A stretch of DNA of 63,700 bases, counting the filler, from Acetivibrio sp. (GTDB lineage: Bacteria > Bacillota > Clostridia > Acetivibrionales > Acetivibrionaceae): the NCBI RefSeq assembly GCF_035371925.1. It is 3 parts of 3 records of this genome, joined end to end, with 100 filler letters (N's around TTAATTAATTAA, not from the genome) between each part and the next. Parts side by side here need not be neighbours in the genome. Positions count along the whole stretch, not along the records: positions 24,630 to 49,020 come from NZ_DAORXT010000039.1; 2 more parts are not named here. One strand, written 5' to 3'. The notes below the pieces were generated by a model, which worked only from the letters and a program-made list of their open reading frames with translations, searched no databases and was not told where the DNA came from. How positions within the stretch are numbered: position 1 is the stretch's first letter; every line of letters starts with the position of its first letter. Position numbers and translations under genes: made by a program. This document shows positions 29,017 to 39,228 of the stretch, one piece after another.

Positions 29017-31491
29017 ATGAAAAAAACGCTTGTATTCTTATTGGCCTTGAGTCTGATAATAAGCTTATTTTCAAGTTATTCTTTATCAGCCTCACCGGCT
29101 TCAACCAAATATGGGGATCTCAATGCCGATGGAAAGGTTAATTCGACGGATTACAACTTGGGTAAGAGATACATACTGAAAACCATTTCGGAGCCCCCCA
29201 TTTCAAATTGGTCGGTAGCTTTTGACCTTAATGGCGATTCAAAGGTTGATTCAACAGACCTTTCAATGTTAAAAAGGTATTTGCTGAATGTTATTGACAA
29301 GTTTCCAGTTGGAACAGATATAAAAACTGGGGATGAAAAGGTAAAATACCAGGCTGAGGATGCGTCATCATTATACAAGGCATTTGAGGAAACGGTAAAT
29401 GAAGGTTATGACGGCAGAAGTTATATAAATTATGACAATGAGCCCGGAGGATATATTGAGTGGAATGTAAATGTATCCAATTCCGGTGCATATAAGCTCA
29501 CCTTTAGATATGCCAACGGTTCGAACAACAATAGACAAATGGAAATAAGGGTAAATTCCAATCTTGTTTCAAATAATTTGGACTTTTATCCTACTTCAGC
29601 ATGGACCGTATGGAAAGATCAAAGCATAGTTGTAACTTTAAATAGCGGTAACAACGTTATCAGAGCAACAGGAATTACCTCGGACGGCGGACCGAATGTG
29701 GACTATCTTGAAGTATCGCCGACAAATGAAACACCTGCGCCCACACCTGTACCTACGCCAACCTTTGAGCCGGTTACTCCGCTTCCCGGATCACGTCAGA
29801 TGGAGAAACTGGACAGAGGTGTGGTGGCAGTAAAAATAAACAACGGTGTTTTTGTAAGTTGGAGAATGTTAGGAACCGATCCATCCAACATTGCCTTCAA
29901 TCTATACCGTAACGGAACGAAGGTAAACTCCTCACCGATTACAGGTGCGACAAACTATGTGGATAACGCCGGAACCACAAGCTCAACATATACGGTATGT
30001 CCGATTATTAACGGACAGGAGCAGGCGGCATCAAAACCGGCAAGTGTGTGGGCGCAAAACTATTTGCAGATTCCTATTCAGCCGCCGTCAAGCGCATATT
30101 CGGCCAACGATTGCAGTGCCGCAGACCTTGATGGAGACGGAGAATACGAAATTGTATTGAAATGGGAGCCGGATAACGCAAAAGACAACTCCCAGTCCGG
30201 ATATACCGATAATGTATATTTGGATGCTTACAAGCTGAACGGTACACGTTTGTGGAGAATAGACCTCGGAAGAAATATCCGTGCCGGTGCCCACTATACC
30301 CAGTTTATGGTTTATGACCTTGACGGGGACGGTAAGGCAGAGGTTGCATGTAAGACAGCTGACGGAACAAGAGACGGAAGAGGAAATGTTATAGGTAATC
30401 CAAATGCGGATTATCGCAATTCAAGCGGATACATACTTTCAGGGCCTGAATACCTTACAGTGTTCAACGGACAGACAGGTGCTGCAATTACAACAGTAGA
30501 TTATGACCCGCCGAGAGGAAATGTATCTTCATGGGGAGACAATTACGGAAACAGGGTGGACCGTTTCTTAGCGTGCATAGCATACCTTGACGGTCAAAGA
30601 CCGAGCCTTGTAATGTGCCGCGGATACTATACAAGAAGCGTGCTTGTGGCTTGGGATTTCAGAAACGGAAAGCTTACAAAGAGATGGGTGTTTGACGGCA
30701 ACAATTATAGCGGATACAACGGACAGGGTAATCATAACTTGAGTGTGGCAGACGTTGACGGCGACGGAAAAGATGAGATTATTTACGGAGCATGTACTAT
30801 TGATGACAACGGAAGGGGATTGTATACCTCCTCAGGACTAGGACATGGAGATGCAATGCATGTAAGTGACCTTAATCCCAACAGACCGGGGCTTGAGATT
30901 TGGAGCTGCTTTGAAAGTTCAGGTGGTGCAGCTTTGCGTGATGCGAAGACAGGACAGGTTCTGTTTAGATGGAATAGATCCAGTGATACGGGAAGAGCTT
31001 GTGCGGCTGATATAACAGCATCATCTCCGGGAGCGGAGCTTTGGGCTTCCGGTTCTCCACTGTTTAGCTGTACCGGTCAGAATATAGGCAGTGCTCCAAG
31101 TCAGATTAACTTTGTCATATGGTGGGATGGAGACGAGCTAAGAGAGCTTCTTGACGGTACTACGATAAGCAAGTTCGGCGGAGGAACATTACTCTCTGCC
31201 AGCGGCTGCGCATCCAACAACGGTACAAAATCAACTCCGTGTCTTCAGGCAGACCTCTTTGGAGACTGGAGGGAAGAGGTAATCTTTAGAACGACGGACA
31301 ACAAGTATTTGAGAATATACACTACAACAGCGGTAACGAACAGGCGTATTTACACACTAATGCATGACCCGGTTTACAGATTGGGTATAGCTTGGCAGAA
31401 CGTAGCATACAATCAGCCTCCGCACACAAGCTTCTTTATCGGAGCCGGTATGGCTGAGCCTCCAAAGCCGAATATTTACCTTGTACCGTAA
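29017..31491 (+). CDS. Cellulosomal rhamnogalacturonan lyase PL11 (signal peptide, type I dockerin, CBM35, PT linker, PL11)
   Basis: YGDLNADGKVNSTD/FDLNGDSKVDSTD dockerin; YQAEDA...GPNVDYL CBM; RQMEKLDRG, NIRAGAHYTQF and YNQPPH PL11 motifs. Confidence 0.95.
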   Translation: MKKTLVFLLALSLIISLFSSYSLSASPASTKYGDLNADGKVNSTDYNLGKRYILKTISEPPISNWSVAFDLNGDSKVDSTDLSMLKRYLLNVIDKFPVGTDIKTGDEKVKYQAEDASSLYKAFEETVNEGYDGRSYINYDNEPGGYIEWNVNVSNSGAYKLTFRYANGSNNNRQMEIRVNSNLVSNNLDFYPTSAWTVWKDQSIVVTLNSGNNVIRATGITSDGGPNVDYLEVSPTNETPAPTPVPTPTFEPVTPLPGSRQMEKLDRGVVAVKINNGVFVSWRMLGTDPSNIAFNLYRNGTKVNSSPITGATNYVDNAGTTSSTYTVCPIINGQEQAASKPASVWAQNYLQIPIQPPSSAYSANDCSAADLDGDGEYEIVLKWEPDNAKDNSQSGYTDNVYLDAYKLNGTRLWRIDLGRNIRAGAHYTQFMVYDLDGDGKAEVACKTADGTRDGRGNVIGNPNADYRNSSGYILSGPEYLTVFNGQTGAAITTVDYDPPRGNVSSWGDNYGNRVDRFLACIAYLDGQRPSLVMCRGYYTRSVLVAWDFRNGKLTKRWVFDGNNYSGYNGQGNHNLSVADVDGDGKDEIIYGACTIDDNGRGLYTSSGLGHGDAMHVSDLNPNRPGLEIWSCFESSGGAALRDAKTGQVLFRWNRSSDTGRACAADITASSPGAELWASGSPLFSCTGQNIGSAPSQINFVIWWDGDELRELLDGTTISKFGGGTLLSASGCASNNGTKSTPCLQADLFGDWREEVIFRTTDNKYLRIYTTTAVTNRRIYTLMHDPVYRLGIAWQNVAYNQPPHTSFFIGAGMAEPPKPNIYLVP

Positions 31492-31520
31492 TAGTGTTTG
31501 GGACAGTGCAAAATTAAATT

Positions 31521-31573
31521 TGGGAGCTGTTGTGCAAGCAGTTGAATAAATTGCTGCGCAGCAGCTCTTTTCT
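31521..31573 (+). terminator. Stem-loop after the PL11 gene
   Basis: GAGCTGTTGTGCAAGCAG...TTGCTGCGCAGCAGCTC followed by T residues. Confidence 0.6.
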
Positions 31574-31700
31574 TATATGTGCATAATTTGCATATCCCCA
31601 AAATATGATGGAAAATAAGGTGAATTTACAGGAAACCTTTTGAAAAAACTACAGATATGATGTAATATTATTAAAACGGTACGAATGACGAGGAGGAAAA

Positions 31701-33506
31701 ATGAGTATCAAAGAAATATATTTAAAGCGTAAAAACGAGTATGAAGGCAATGCAAAAAAGCTTGAAGCGCGTTCGGAAATATTCAGTACAGTAAGGCTTG
31801 CAACATTTATAGCAGGTTTAATTCTTACGGTGCTTGTTTTTATATATTTGAGCAGCGCCCATGGATTCATTTGCATGGGAGTATTTCTTGCACTGTTTCT
31901 TTTTTTAGTTTTGGAGCATCAAAAGATAATCGAAAAAGCTTTAAAATATCGCATTTTTGCTGAAATAAACAGAAGATGCATAGCAAGAATGGAGGGTACT
32001 TGGACAGAGTTTGAGGACAAAGGGGATGAATATTTAAACCCTGAGCATATGTATTCCAATGACCTTGATGTCTTTGGACACGGCTCACTTTTTCAATGGA
32101 TCAATGCAACAAATACATTTTTCGGAAGGGAAGCATTAAGGCGGTTGCTGGAGAATCCTAAAAAAGAGCCCGGACAAATAAGAAAGAGACAAAAGGCCAT
32201 AAAAGAGCTTTCGGGGAAAATTGACTTTTGCCAGAGCCTACAGTGTGAAGGAATGTATGCACAAAATGCTTCGCAAAATCCGGACAAGCTAATTGATTTT
32301 TGTGAGGAAGGTAAAAAACTTTTTCGTCATAAGCTTATTGGGCAATTGTTTTATATTCTTCCTGAGCTAACTATCATTTTTATTATTATATGTATGTTCG
32401 ATCCATCGGTTTCGCTGTATATACCTCTTTCTCTTATTGGTATACAGGCTGTCATAAATATTGTATGCTATGGCAGGGCAAGCGGTATTTTAGGTCCTGT
32501 AAGCCGATATAAAAATGAGATACAGGTATTTCAAAAATTGATTGAATTAATTGAAAAAGAGGAGTTTGAGGATGAATACCTAAAGGAGCTGAAATCCAAA
32601 CTGTTTGACGGAAAAAGGCCGGCATCGGAGCAAATAAAGGATTTAGAGAAAATTGTAAATTCCATTGATGTTGGAAAGGGTTATATAGTAGAGCTTATTC
32701 TAAACCTTTTCTTGTTCTGGAATATTCACTGTGTGTTTGCTTTAGAAAGATGGAAAGCGAAATCCGGCAAGGCAATACGAAGCTGGCTTCAAACCATAGG
32801 TGATTTTGAAGCTTTGGCAAGTTTGGCTCTTGTTGCCCAGATGAACCCCGAATGGGATTTTCCCGAGATGTCGGACAGGGAGGTTTCTTTTAATGCAATT
32901 GATATGGGACATCCTTTGATAAATGAGAGCAGGCGTGTGTGCAACAGCATTAATATGGGCAATAATATCTGTGTAGTTACAGGGTCCAATATGTCCGGCA
33001 AAACTACTCTTTTGAGGACTGTGGGTGTTAATCTTTTGCTTGCTTATGCCGGAACTGCTGTTTGTGCCAAAAAGATGACATGCTCAGTAATGGATATATG
33101 CACTTCAATGAGAATTGTTGATGATTTGAGCGAGGGAATATCCACTTTTTATGCAGAGCTTTTGAGGATTAAAATGATAATAGACCATTCAAGAAAGAAG
33201 AAGCCAATGATATTCCTTATTGACGAAGTCTTCCGGGGAACCAATTCCCTAGACAGAGTCATCGGTGCAAAAAATGTTTTGCTAAACCTTAACAAGGATT
33301 GGGTTATTGGAATGATTTCAACCCACGACTTTGAGCTCTGCAATTTGGAGAAGGGGCATGGCGGAAGAATTGTCAACTACCACTTTACAGAAACCTACAC
33401 CAACAACGAAATAAAATTTGACTATATTTTAAGGCGGGGACAGTGTAAAACCAGCAATGCCAGATATTTGATGAAAATGGTGGGAATAGAGCTTTTGGAA
33501 GAGTGA
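31701..33506 (+). CDS. Membrane-anchored MutS domain V ATPase
   Basis: TM pairs, YSNDLDVFG, TGSNMSGKTT, STFYAE, LIDEVFRGTN and ISTHD motifs. Confidence 0.9.
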   Translation: MSIKEIYLKRKNEYEGNAKKLEARSEIFSTVRLATFIAGLILTVLVFIYLSSAHGFICMGVFLALFLFLVLEHQKIIEKALKYRIFAEINRRCIARMEGTWTEFEDKGDEYLNPEHMYSNDLDVFGHGSLFQWINATNTFFGREALRRLLENPKKEPGQIRKRQKAIKELSGKIDFCQSLQCEGMYAQNASQNPDKLIDFCEEGKKLFRHKLIGQLFYILPELTIIFIIICMFDPSVSLYIPLSLIGIQAVINIVCYGRASGILGPVSRYKNEIQVFQKLIELIEKEEFEDEYLKELKSKLFDGKRPASEQIKDLEKIVNSIDVGKGYIVELILNLFLFWNIHCVFALERWKAKSGKAIRSWLQTIGDFEALASLALVAQMNPEWDFPEMSDREVSFNAIDMGHPLINESRRVCNSINMGNNICVVTGSNMSGKTTLLRTVGVNLLLAYAGTAVCAKKMTCSVMDICTSMRIVDDLSEGISTFYAELLRIKMIIDHSRKKKPMIFLIDEVFRGTNSLDRVIGAKNVLLNLNKDWVIGMISTHDFELCNLEKGHGGRIVNYHFTETYTNNEIKFDYILRRGQCKTSNARYLMKMVGIELLEE

Positions 33507-33539
33507 TTAATTAGTATAAGTGAAAGGATAAGAGCAATT

Positions 33540-34247
33540 ATGGCGGAGAAAGAGAAAAAGCTGTTGGAGGAAGACCTGTATAAGCCGGTAAAGGAATACC
33601 TTGTCGAGCTGGGGTATGATGTAAAAGGTGAGGTGCGCAATTGTGACGTTTCTGCAGTAAAGGGAGACACTTTTCTTGTTGTGGAGATGAAAACGACTTT
33701 AAATCTTGATGTTATCTTGCAGGCAGTATTGAGGCAGAGAATAGCCGATATTGTATATATTGCGGTACCCAAAAAGGGCAAAGTTTTGTTTACCCGGCGG
33801 TGGAAGAACATATGCCACTTGCTGAGACGTTTGGAACTCGGCTTGCTTCTGGTTTCCTTTAAGCAAGACAAGGCTTTCGTGGAAGAAGCCATAAGACCTC
33901 AGCCTTTTGACAGGGGAAAGAGCATAAAACTCTCATCCGCAAAAAGGAGACTGATTCTTGAAGAATTCTCAAAACGACACGGAGATTACAACGTTGGAGG
34001 TTCTACCGGGAAAAAGCTAATTACCGCATACAGGGAGCAAGCTTTGAAAATTGCAGCTTTTCTTGAATCCAATGGCTCTTTGAGTATTAAACAATTAAAG
34101 AATATGGGAACGGATCCGGACAAGACAGCATCAATACTTCAGGACAATTTTTACGGCTGGTTTGAAAGAGTGTCCCGGGGAGTATACAGGCTCACCGACA
34201 AAGGAAGAGAAGAGATTGCCAACTACAGGAAAAACGGACTTGTCTGA
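33540..34247 (+). CDS. DUF2161 family putative PD-(D/E)XK nuclease/phosphodiesterase
   Basis: VKGEVRNCD, VVEMK, TAYRE and wHTH tail DNFYGWFERVSRGVY. Confidence 0.85.
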   Translation: MAEKEKKLLEEDLYKPVKEYLVELGYDVKGEVRNCDVSAVKGDTFLVVEMKTTLNLDVILQAVLRQRIADIVYIAVPKKGKVLFTRRWKNICHLLRRLELGLLLVSFKQDKAFVEEAIRPQPFDRGKSIKLSSAKRRLILEEFSKRHGDYNVGGSTGKKLITAYREQALKIAAFLESNGSLSIKQLKNMGTDPDKTASILQDNFYGWFERVSRGVYRLTDKGREEIANYRKNGLV

Positions 34248-34251
34248 TTTG

Positions 34252-34280
34252 TTGACCATGAAAAAACTGGATGTTATAAT
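34252..34280 (+). promoter_or_regulatory. sigA-type promoter
   Basis: TTGACC-N17-TATAAT. Confidence 0.65.
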
Positions 34281-34319
34281 TATTTAATAGAATTATTCTT
34301 TGGTGGGGTGCATTATTTA

Positions 34320-36740
34320 ATGGATAGAAGAGATAACAGGCCTACAGACAGACAAAAACGTATAGGAACAGGTACCGGTAACGTGAGCCGACGCGGCAGC
34401 GGTTTAAATACAGGACCAGTAGGTAAACCCGGGGGATATTCGGACAGATCTAAGGGAACCGGGGCAGGCAGGGGAAGCAGCTCGGGACGAAGCTCTGGAG
34501 GCAATAGAAGTTTCGGAGGCTATGGCGGTTATGGAGGCTACTCGTCCGGCCGGCGCGGCAGGTCTTCAGGTTGCTCAAAGTATTTAACCATATTGATATT
34601 GGTTCTGGCAATCGCATTCTACATATATAATAACTTTGGAGGGGGAGCCGGAGATTCAACTTCAACCAACAATTTTCAAACAGGTACGTCATCTGCTTCT
34701 AATTATGTTGACAAAGGTGAATATCCTGTTGTGACCACAGTATCGGAGCTTGCCCGTGAAAAAAGGACTGTATTGAGGGGCAATGGAGATGATGTGGCGA
34801 CTGTAATGATATACATGTGCGGTACCGACCTTGAGTCAAAATGGGGTATGGCTACCTCGGATTTGAAAGAAATGTTAAATGCCGAGATTTCCGACAAAGT
34901 AAATATTATTGTGGAAACCGGCGGAACTTCGAAATGGCAAAATAATACCGTAAACAGCAGGACAAATCAGCGCTTTAAAGTCACAAATGACGGGCTTAAG
35001 CTTTTAGAGGACAATTTGGGCAAAAAGTCGATGGTAGAGCCGGATACTCTTTCCGACTTCATAAAATATTGCAAGACAAACTATCCTGCAGACCGCTATA
35101 TGCTTATCCTGTGGGACCACGGAGGAGGTTCGGTCAGCGGCTATGGCTATGACCAGCACTATCCAAATAATACTATGAAACTCGATGAAATTGCTGTTGC
35201 CCTTAAAAACGGAGGCTGTGTTTTTGACCTGATAGGCTTTGATGCCTGCCTTATGGCAACGCTTGAGACAGCCATTGTTCTGGAACCCTATGCAGACTAT
35301 ATGATTGCTTCGGAAGAGGTTGAGCCGGGGATCGGATGGTATTATTCGGGATGGATAACGGCCCTTTCCCAAAACACCTCGATTAAAACCATAGACCTTG
35401 GGAAAAAGCTGATTGATGATTATGTAAAAGAAGTGCGAGCAAAAACACCGAGCAGTCAGGCTACATTATCCCTTGTTGACTTGGCAGAGCTCAAGGGAAC
35501 CATACCCGAATCCTTTACAAAGTTTGCAAAATCAATAGACACACTGGTTACTAAAAATAAATATAAGACTGTATCCAATGCCAGGGCCAATACAAAGGAA
35601 TTTGCAAAATCATCCAAGATAAATCAGATAGACCTTGTACACTTTGCAGAAAATCTTGGCACCGACGAGGGGAAAAAGCTTGCCGAAGCACTTCGCGGAT
35701 GTATCAAATATAACCGTACGTCGAAAAACATAACAAATGCCAACGGTTTGTCAATATTCTTCCCTTACGGCAATCTTTCGAAGGTGAACTCAATGCTTGA
35801 TACTTATGAAGAGATAGGCATTGATGAAGAATACAGCAAATGTATTAAAAGCTTTGCAAGTGTGTCGGCGGGAGGACAAATTGTATCCGGCGGCAGCAAT
35901 AATATGCTTGACGTTTTGCTGGGAAGCTTCTTGGAGGGTTCATCAAATTCCAGCCAGTCTGTAACTTCTGCCGCTTTGGAACTTTTGTTGGATGAATTCC
36001 TAAGTTCCGGAAATTACGGCAGGATTACGGGTGGAGATAATGATGCGTCGGAATGGCTTGATGTTGACCTCATGAGGTCCTCCATAGATTATTACAAGAA
36101 GAACCGGTTTGACTCCACAGCCCTCAAGATAACCGAAAAGGACGGGCAGAGGGTTTTGGCCCTGTCCGAAGAACAGTGGGGCCTTGTACAGCAGATGGAA
36201 ATGAATGTTTTCATAGATGACGGTGAAGGATTTATTGACCTTGGTCTTGATAATGTCTATGAATTCAATGATGACGGAGACCTCATAATGGAATTTGACG
36301 GAACGTGGCTTGCGCTAAACGGCAACATTGTAAGCTATTACATGGTAAGTGATGACCGAAGCGGGGAGACTTATTCAACCAAAGGAAGAATTCCTGCGCT
36401 GTTAAACGGGCAGCTTGTTGATATTATTGTAGTATTTGATAACGAAAATCCTTATGGAAAGGTACTTGGAGCCCAGATAAAATATGACACAAATACCGAG
36501 ACCGAAACTTTGGCAAAGGGACTCATAGATATTGTGGCAGGAGACAAAATTGATTTCCTTTGCGATTACTACACTTATGAAGGTGAGTACATAAATACCT
36601 ATTTCCTTGGTGAGCAGTACACGGCAACCGGTGAGTGGGAAATAGAGAATTTACACCTTGGAAACAGGGATTATATGATGACTTACCGCATTACGGACAT
36701 ATACGGCAACAAGTACTGGACACCGTCTGTTACGCATTAA
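34320..36740 (+). CDS. Clostripain-family (C11) peptidase with a Gly/Arg-rich N-terminal tail and TM anchor
   Basis: YMCGTDLES, LWDHGGG (His) and GFDACLM (Cys) motifs. Confidence 0.9.
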   Translation: MDRRDNRPTDRQKRIGTGTGNVSRRGSGLNTGPVGKPGGYSDRSKGTGAGRGSSSGRSSGGNRSFGGYGGYGGYSSGRRGRSSGCSKYLTILILVLAIAFYIYNNFGGGAGDSTSTNNFQTGTSSASNYVDKGEYPVVTTVSELAREKRTVLRGNGDDVATVMIYMCGTDLESKWGMATSDLKEMLNAEISDKVNIIVETGGTSKWQNNTVNSRTNQRFKVTNDGLKLLEDNLGKKSMVEPDTLSDFIKYCKTNYPADRYMLILWDHGGGSVSGYGYDQHYPNNTMKLDEIAVALKNGGCVFDLIGFDACLMATLETAIVLEPYADYMIASEEVEPGIGWYYSGWITALSQNTSIKTIDLGKKLIDDYVKEVRAKTPSSQATLSLVDLAELKGTIPESFTKFAKSIDTLVTKNKYKTVSNARANTKEFAKSSKINQIDLVHFAENLGTDEGKKLAEALRGCIKYNRTSKNITNANGLSIFFPYGNLSKVNSMLDTYEEIGIDEEYSKCIKSFASVSAGGQIVSGGSNNMLDVLLGSFLEGSSNSSQSVTSAALELLLDEFLSSGNYGRITGGDNDASEWLDVDLMRSSIDYYKKNRFDSTALKITEKDGQRVLALSEEQWGLVQQMEMNVFIDDGEGFIDLGLDNVYEFNDDGDLIMEFDGTWLALNGNIVSYYMVSDDRSGETYSTKGRIPALLNGQLVDIIVVFDNENPYGKVLGAQIKYDTNTETETLAKGLIDIVAGDKIDFLCDYYTYEGEYINTYFLGEQYTATGEWEIENLHLGNRDYMMTYRITDIYGNKYWTPSVTH

Positions 36741-36771
36741 AAATATAGGCAAGTGGAAATGTGGTGAGTTT

Positions 36772-37962
36772 ATGATAGAAATTAAAGGGAAATATAATAC
36801 GGCAAAGGTTTTTACCGACAACATTGAACAAGAGGCAATTTCCCAGATAATTGAGCTTTGCAATCAAGAGTTTGTGAAAGACAGTGTAATTAGAATCATG
36901 CCTGATACCCATGCCGGTGCAGGATGTACCATTGGTACTACAATGACAATCAGCGACAAGATTGTGCCAAATCTGGTGGGAGTTGATATAGGCTGCGGAA
37001 TGGAAACCATAAAGCTGAAGGATAAAAATATTGAATTGAGCAAGCTGGATAAGGTTATTCATGAATTTGTTCCGGCAGGTTTTGACATTCGCAAAACGGA
37101 GCACCCGTATGTAAGAGATATTGACTTGGAAGAACTAAGGTGCAGAAAGCATGTGGATTTAAACCGGGCAAAGCTAAGTATCGGCACGTTGGGGGGAGGA
37201 AACCATTTTATAGAGGTAAACAAAGACAACGAGGGAAATCTGTATCTTGTTGTGCATTCGGGAAGCAGGCACCTTGGAAAGCAAGTTGCAGAATATTATC
37301 AGGACTTGGGATACAAGGAGCTTGTAAAGAGCACTGATGCGATTAAAGAAATTATTGAAAGGCTGAAAGCTGAAGGCCGCGAAAAAGAAATACAAAAAGA
37401 AATAAAAAAGGTTAAACCGCCTCAAATAAGCAAGCAGCTTGCTTACGTTCAAGGTAAAAGCTATGAGGATTATCTTGCAGACATGAGACTGGTGCAAAAG
37501 TTTGCGGTATTAAACCGAAAGGCAATTGTGGATGAGATTGTTCGACGCATGAAATTCAAAGTGGAAGAGCAGTTTACCACTATTCATAATTATATCGACT
37601 TGGATAGTATGATACTCAGAAAAGGCGCAATTTCCGCACGCCAAGGAGAGAAAGTGCTGATTCCGATTAACATGAGGGATGGAAGCCTTATCTGTATTGG
37701 AAAGGGCAATAAGGATTGGAACTATTCGGCACCCCATGGTGCAGGCAGACTGATGAGCAGGGCAAAGGCCAAGGAAGTCATAACACTTACGGAGTTTAAA
37801 GAGTCTATGAAAGGTATCTACTCAACAACGGTAACCAAATCTACCATTGACGAATCTCCTATGGCCTACAAGCCTATGGAGGAAATTATTGAAAATATTC
37901 AGGATACTGTTGAAATTGTAGATATTATTAAGCCCATATATAACTTTAAAGCGGCGGAATAG
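36772..37962 (+). CDS. rtcB: RtcB family RNA 3'-terminal phosphate ligase
   Basis: MPDTHAG, GVDIGCG, GGGNHF, HSGSR, HNY, RKGA, PHGAGR and DESPMAYK motifs. Confidence 0.93.
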   Translation: MIEIKGKYNTAKVFTDNIEQEAISQIIELCNQEFVKDSVIRIMPDTHAGAGCTIGTTMTISDKIVPNLVGVDIGCGMETIKLKDKNIELSKLDKVIHEFVPAGFDIRKTEHPYVRDIDLEELRCRKHVDLNRAKLSIGTLGGGNHFIEVNKDNEGNLYLVVHSGSRHLGKQVAEYYQDLGYKELVKSTDAIKEIIERLKAEGREKEIQKEIKKVKPPQISKQLAYVQGKSYEDYLADMRLVQKFAVLNRKAIVDEIVRRMKFKVEEQFTTIHNYIDLDSMILRKGAISARQGEKVLIPINMRDGSLICIGKGNKDWNYSAPHGAGRLMSRAKAKEVITLTEFKESMKGIYSTTVTKSTIDESPMAYKPMEEIIENIQDTVEIVDIIKPIYNFKAAE

Positions 37963-38157
37963 CACATTAAACTTTATTACTGAAGTATTGTTCATGCTAA
38001 AAAATTGTAAACCAAACAGAAAAGACATATTATATCAATACGTGTATAATGTGTCTTTTCTATTTGATAATATTTTGCGGCTTATTAATAAGTTTTGTTT
38101 TAATTTTTATTTTACATAATACCAAAAATGCAAACCGGCTTTCTTCTTAAGCGAAAT

Positions 38158-38607
38158 TTATTTTTCCGGTGTAAATTCTAAAACCATATTAATATGTGGA
38201 ATACCATCTAACAAAAATTCCTCCGACACTTTCTTAAAACCTACTTTTTCATAAAATCCTTTTGCGTAAGATTGTGCCTCAATTTTTATTTTATCGGCAT
38301 TCATTTTCTCTTTTGCAATTTTGATACCTTCCAAAAGAATTCTTTCTCCCAATCCACATCCTCTTTTTACAGTTAGTACTCTTCCTATCGATACATCTTC
38401 AAAAGAAACTCCTTTGTCGACAACCCTTAAATATGCCTGGATTCCTGTATCATCTTTCAGAAATACATGATATGAGTATTTGTCTTTGTTATCAATTTCT
38501 TGATATGCACAATTTTGCTCTACTACAAATACATCAACTCGAACCTTCAATATTTCATATATTTCGTCAACCGACAATTCATGAAATCGTTTCACAACTA
38601 AATCCAT
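38158..38607 (-). CDS. GNAT acetyltransferase (ElaA-like)
   Basis: RVDVFVVEQNCAYQEID, IGRV, AQSYAKGFY, FLLDGIPHINM. Confidence 0.9.
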   Translation of the reverse strand: MDLVVKRFHELSVDEIYEILKVRVDVFVVEQNCAYQEIDNKDKYSYHVFLKDDTGIQAYLRVVDKGVSFEDVSIGRVLTVKRGCGLGERILLEGIKIAKEKMNADKIKIEAQSYAKGFYEKVGFKKVSEEFLLDGIPHINMVLEFTPEK

Positions 38608-38719
38608 CTATTTCCCTCCGTCAAATTTATAAAATTAAGTAAACTGTATATCCCACGTCCATTATACTATATTTAATAATTTGCAGCTCATTTTTGCTTT
38701 AAATAATTATTTTTTGGGT

Positions 38720-38938
38720 TTAAAAACAGATGATTTTGGCATAAATAAGAAGGCAGCGGCGTTTGGATGCTATGGCTGGAGCGGTGAGTCTGTCAGGATT
38801 TTAAAAGTGTTGATGGAAAAAGCGGGATTTGAGATAATTGATGAGGAATTCGAGAATTTATGGAATCCGTATGAAGGACAGCAAAAGAGTGCTTTTGAGT
38901 ATGATAATATTTATGTGTTAGATGTATTGATTTCTTGA
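38720..38938 (+). pseudogene. 3' fragment of a flavodiiron (FprA-like) flavodoxin domain
   Basis: NKKAAAFGCYGWSGESV motif with no N-terminal domain or RBS. Confidence 0.7.
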
Positions 38939-38942
38939 AAGA

Positions 38943-39228
38943 ATAGCTAATTTATGATAAATTTAAAATATAAGTGATGATGTAAATGTAAAATTGTGGC
39001 TGCAAAATTATTGAGAAATTTTTGCTGATAGGGCTTTAACAGTTGAAAATAGCTGGCTGTAAGATTATGTTGGTAATTCGAAAATGTGTGAAAATCGATA
39101 AAAAAGAGGTATTTTTTATTGGATTTTGCGTAAAAAAAGTTTTGTCAAAAAATGCCCGAAATGCTTGAAAATAGTGGGAAGTGGCTTGGAGGGTTGAAGT
39201 GGACTTCCATTAAAACAAGGCTTAAAGC
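38943..39228 (+). CRISPR. Orphan CRISPR leader (38943-39192) plus one degenerate repeat (39193-39228)
   Basis: GTTGAAGTGG-ACTTCCATTAAAACAAGGCTTAAAGC is 32/37 identical to the array repeat; about 250 bp upstream aligns colinearly with the array leader. Confidence 0.85.

Noticed and set aside
37963..37990. Single AACTTTATT (also AATAAAGTC at about 50291) as further Tn7 ends
   Set aside because: Isolated, with no TGT/ACA terminus and no periodic partner sites.
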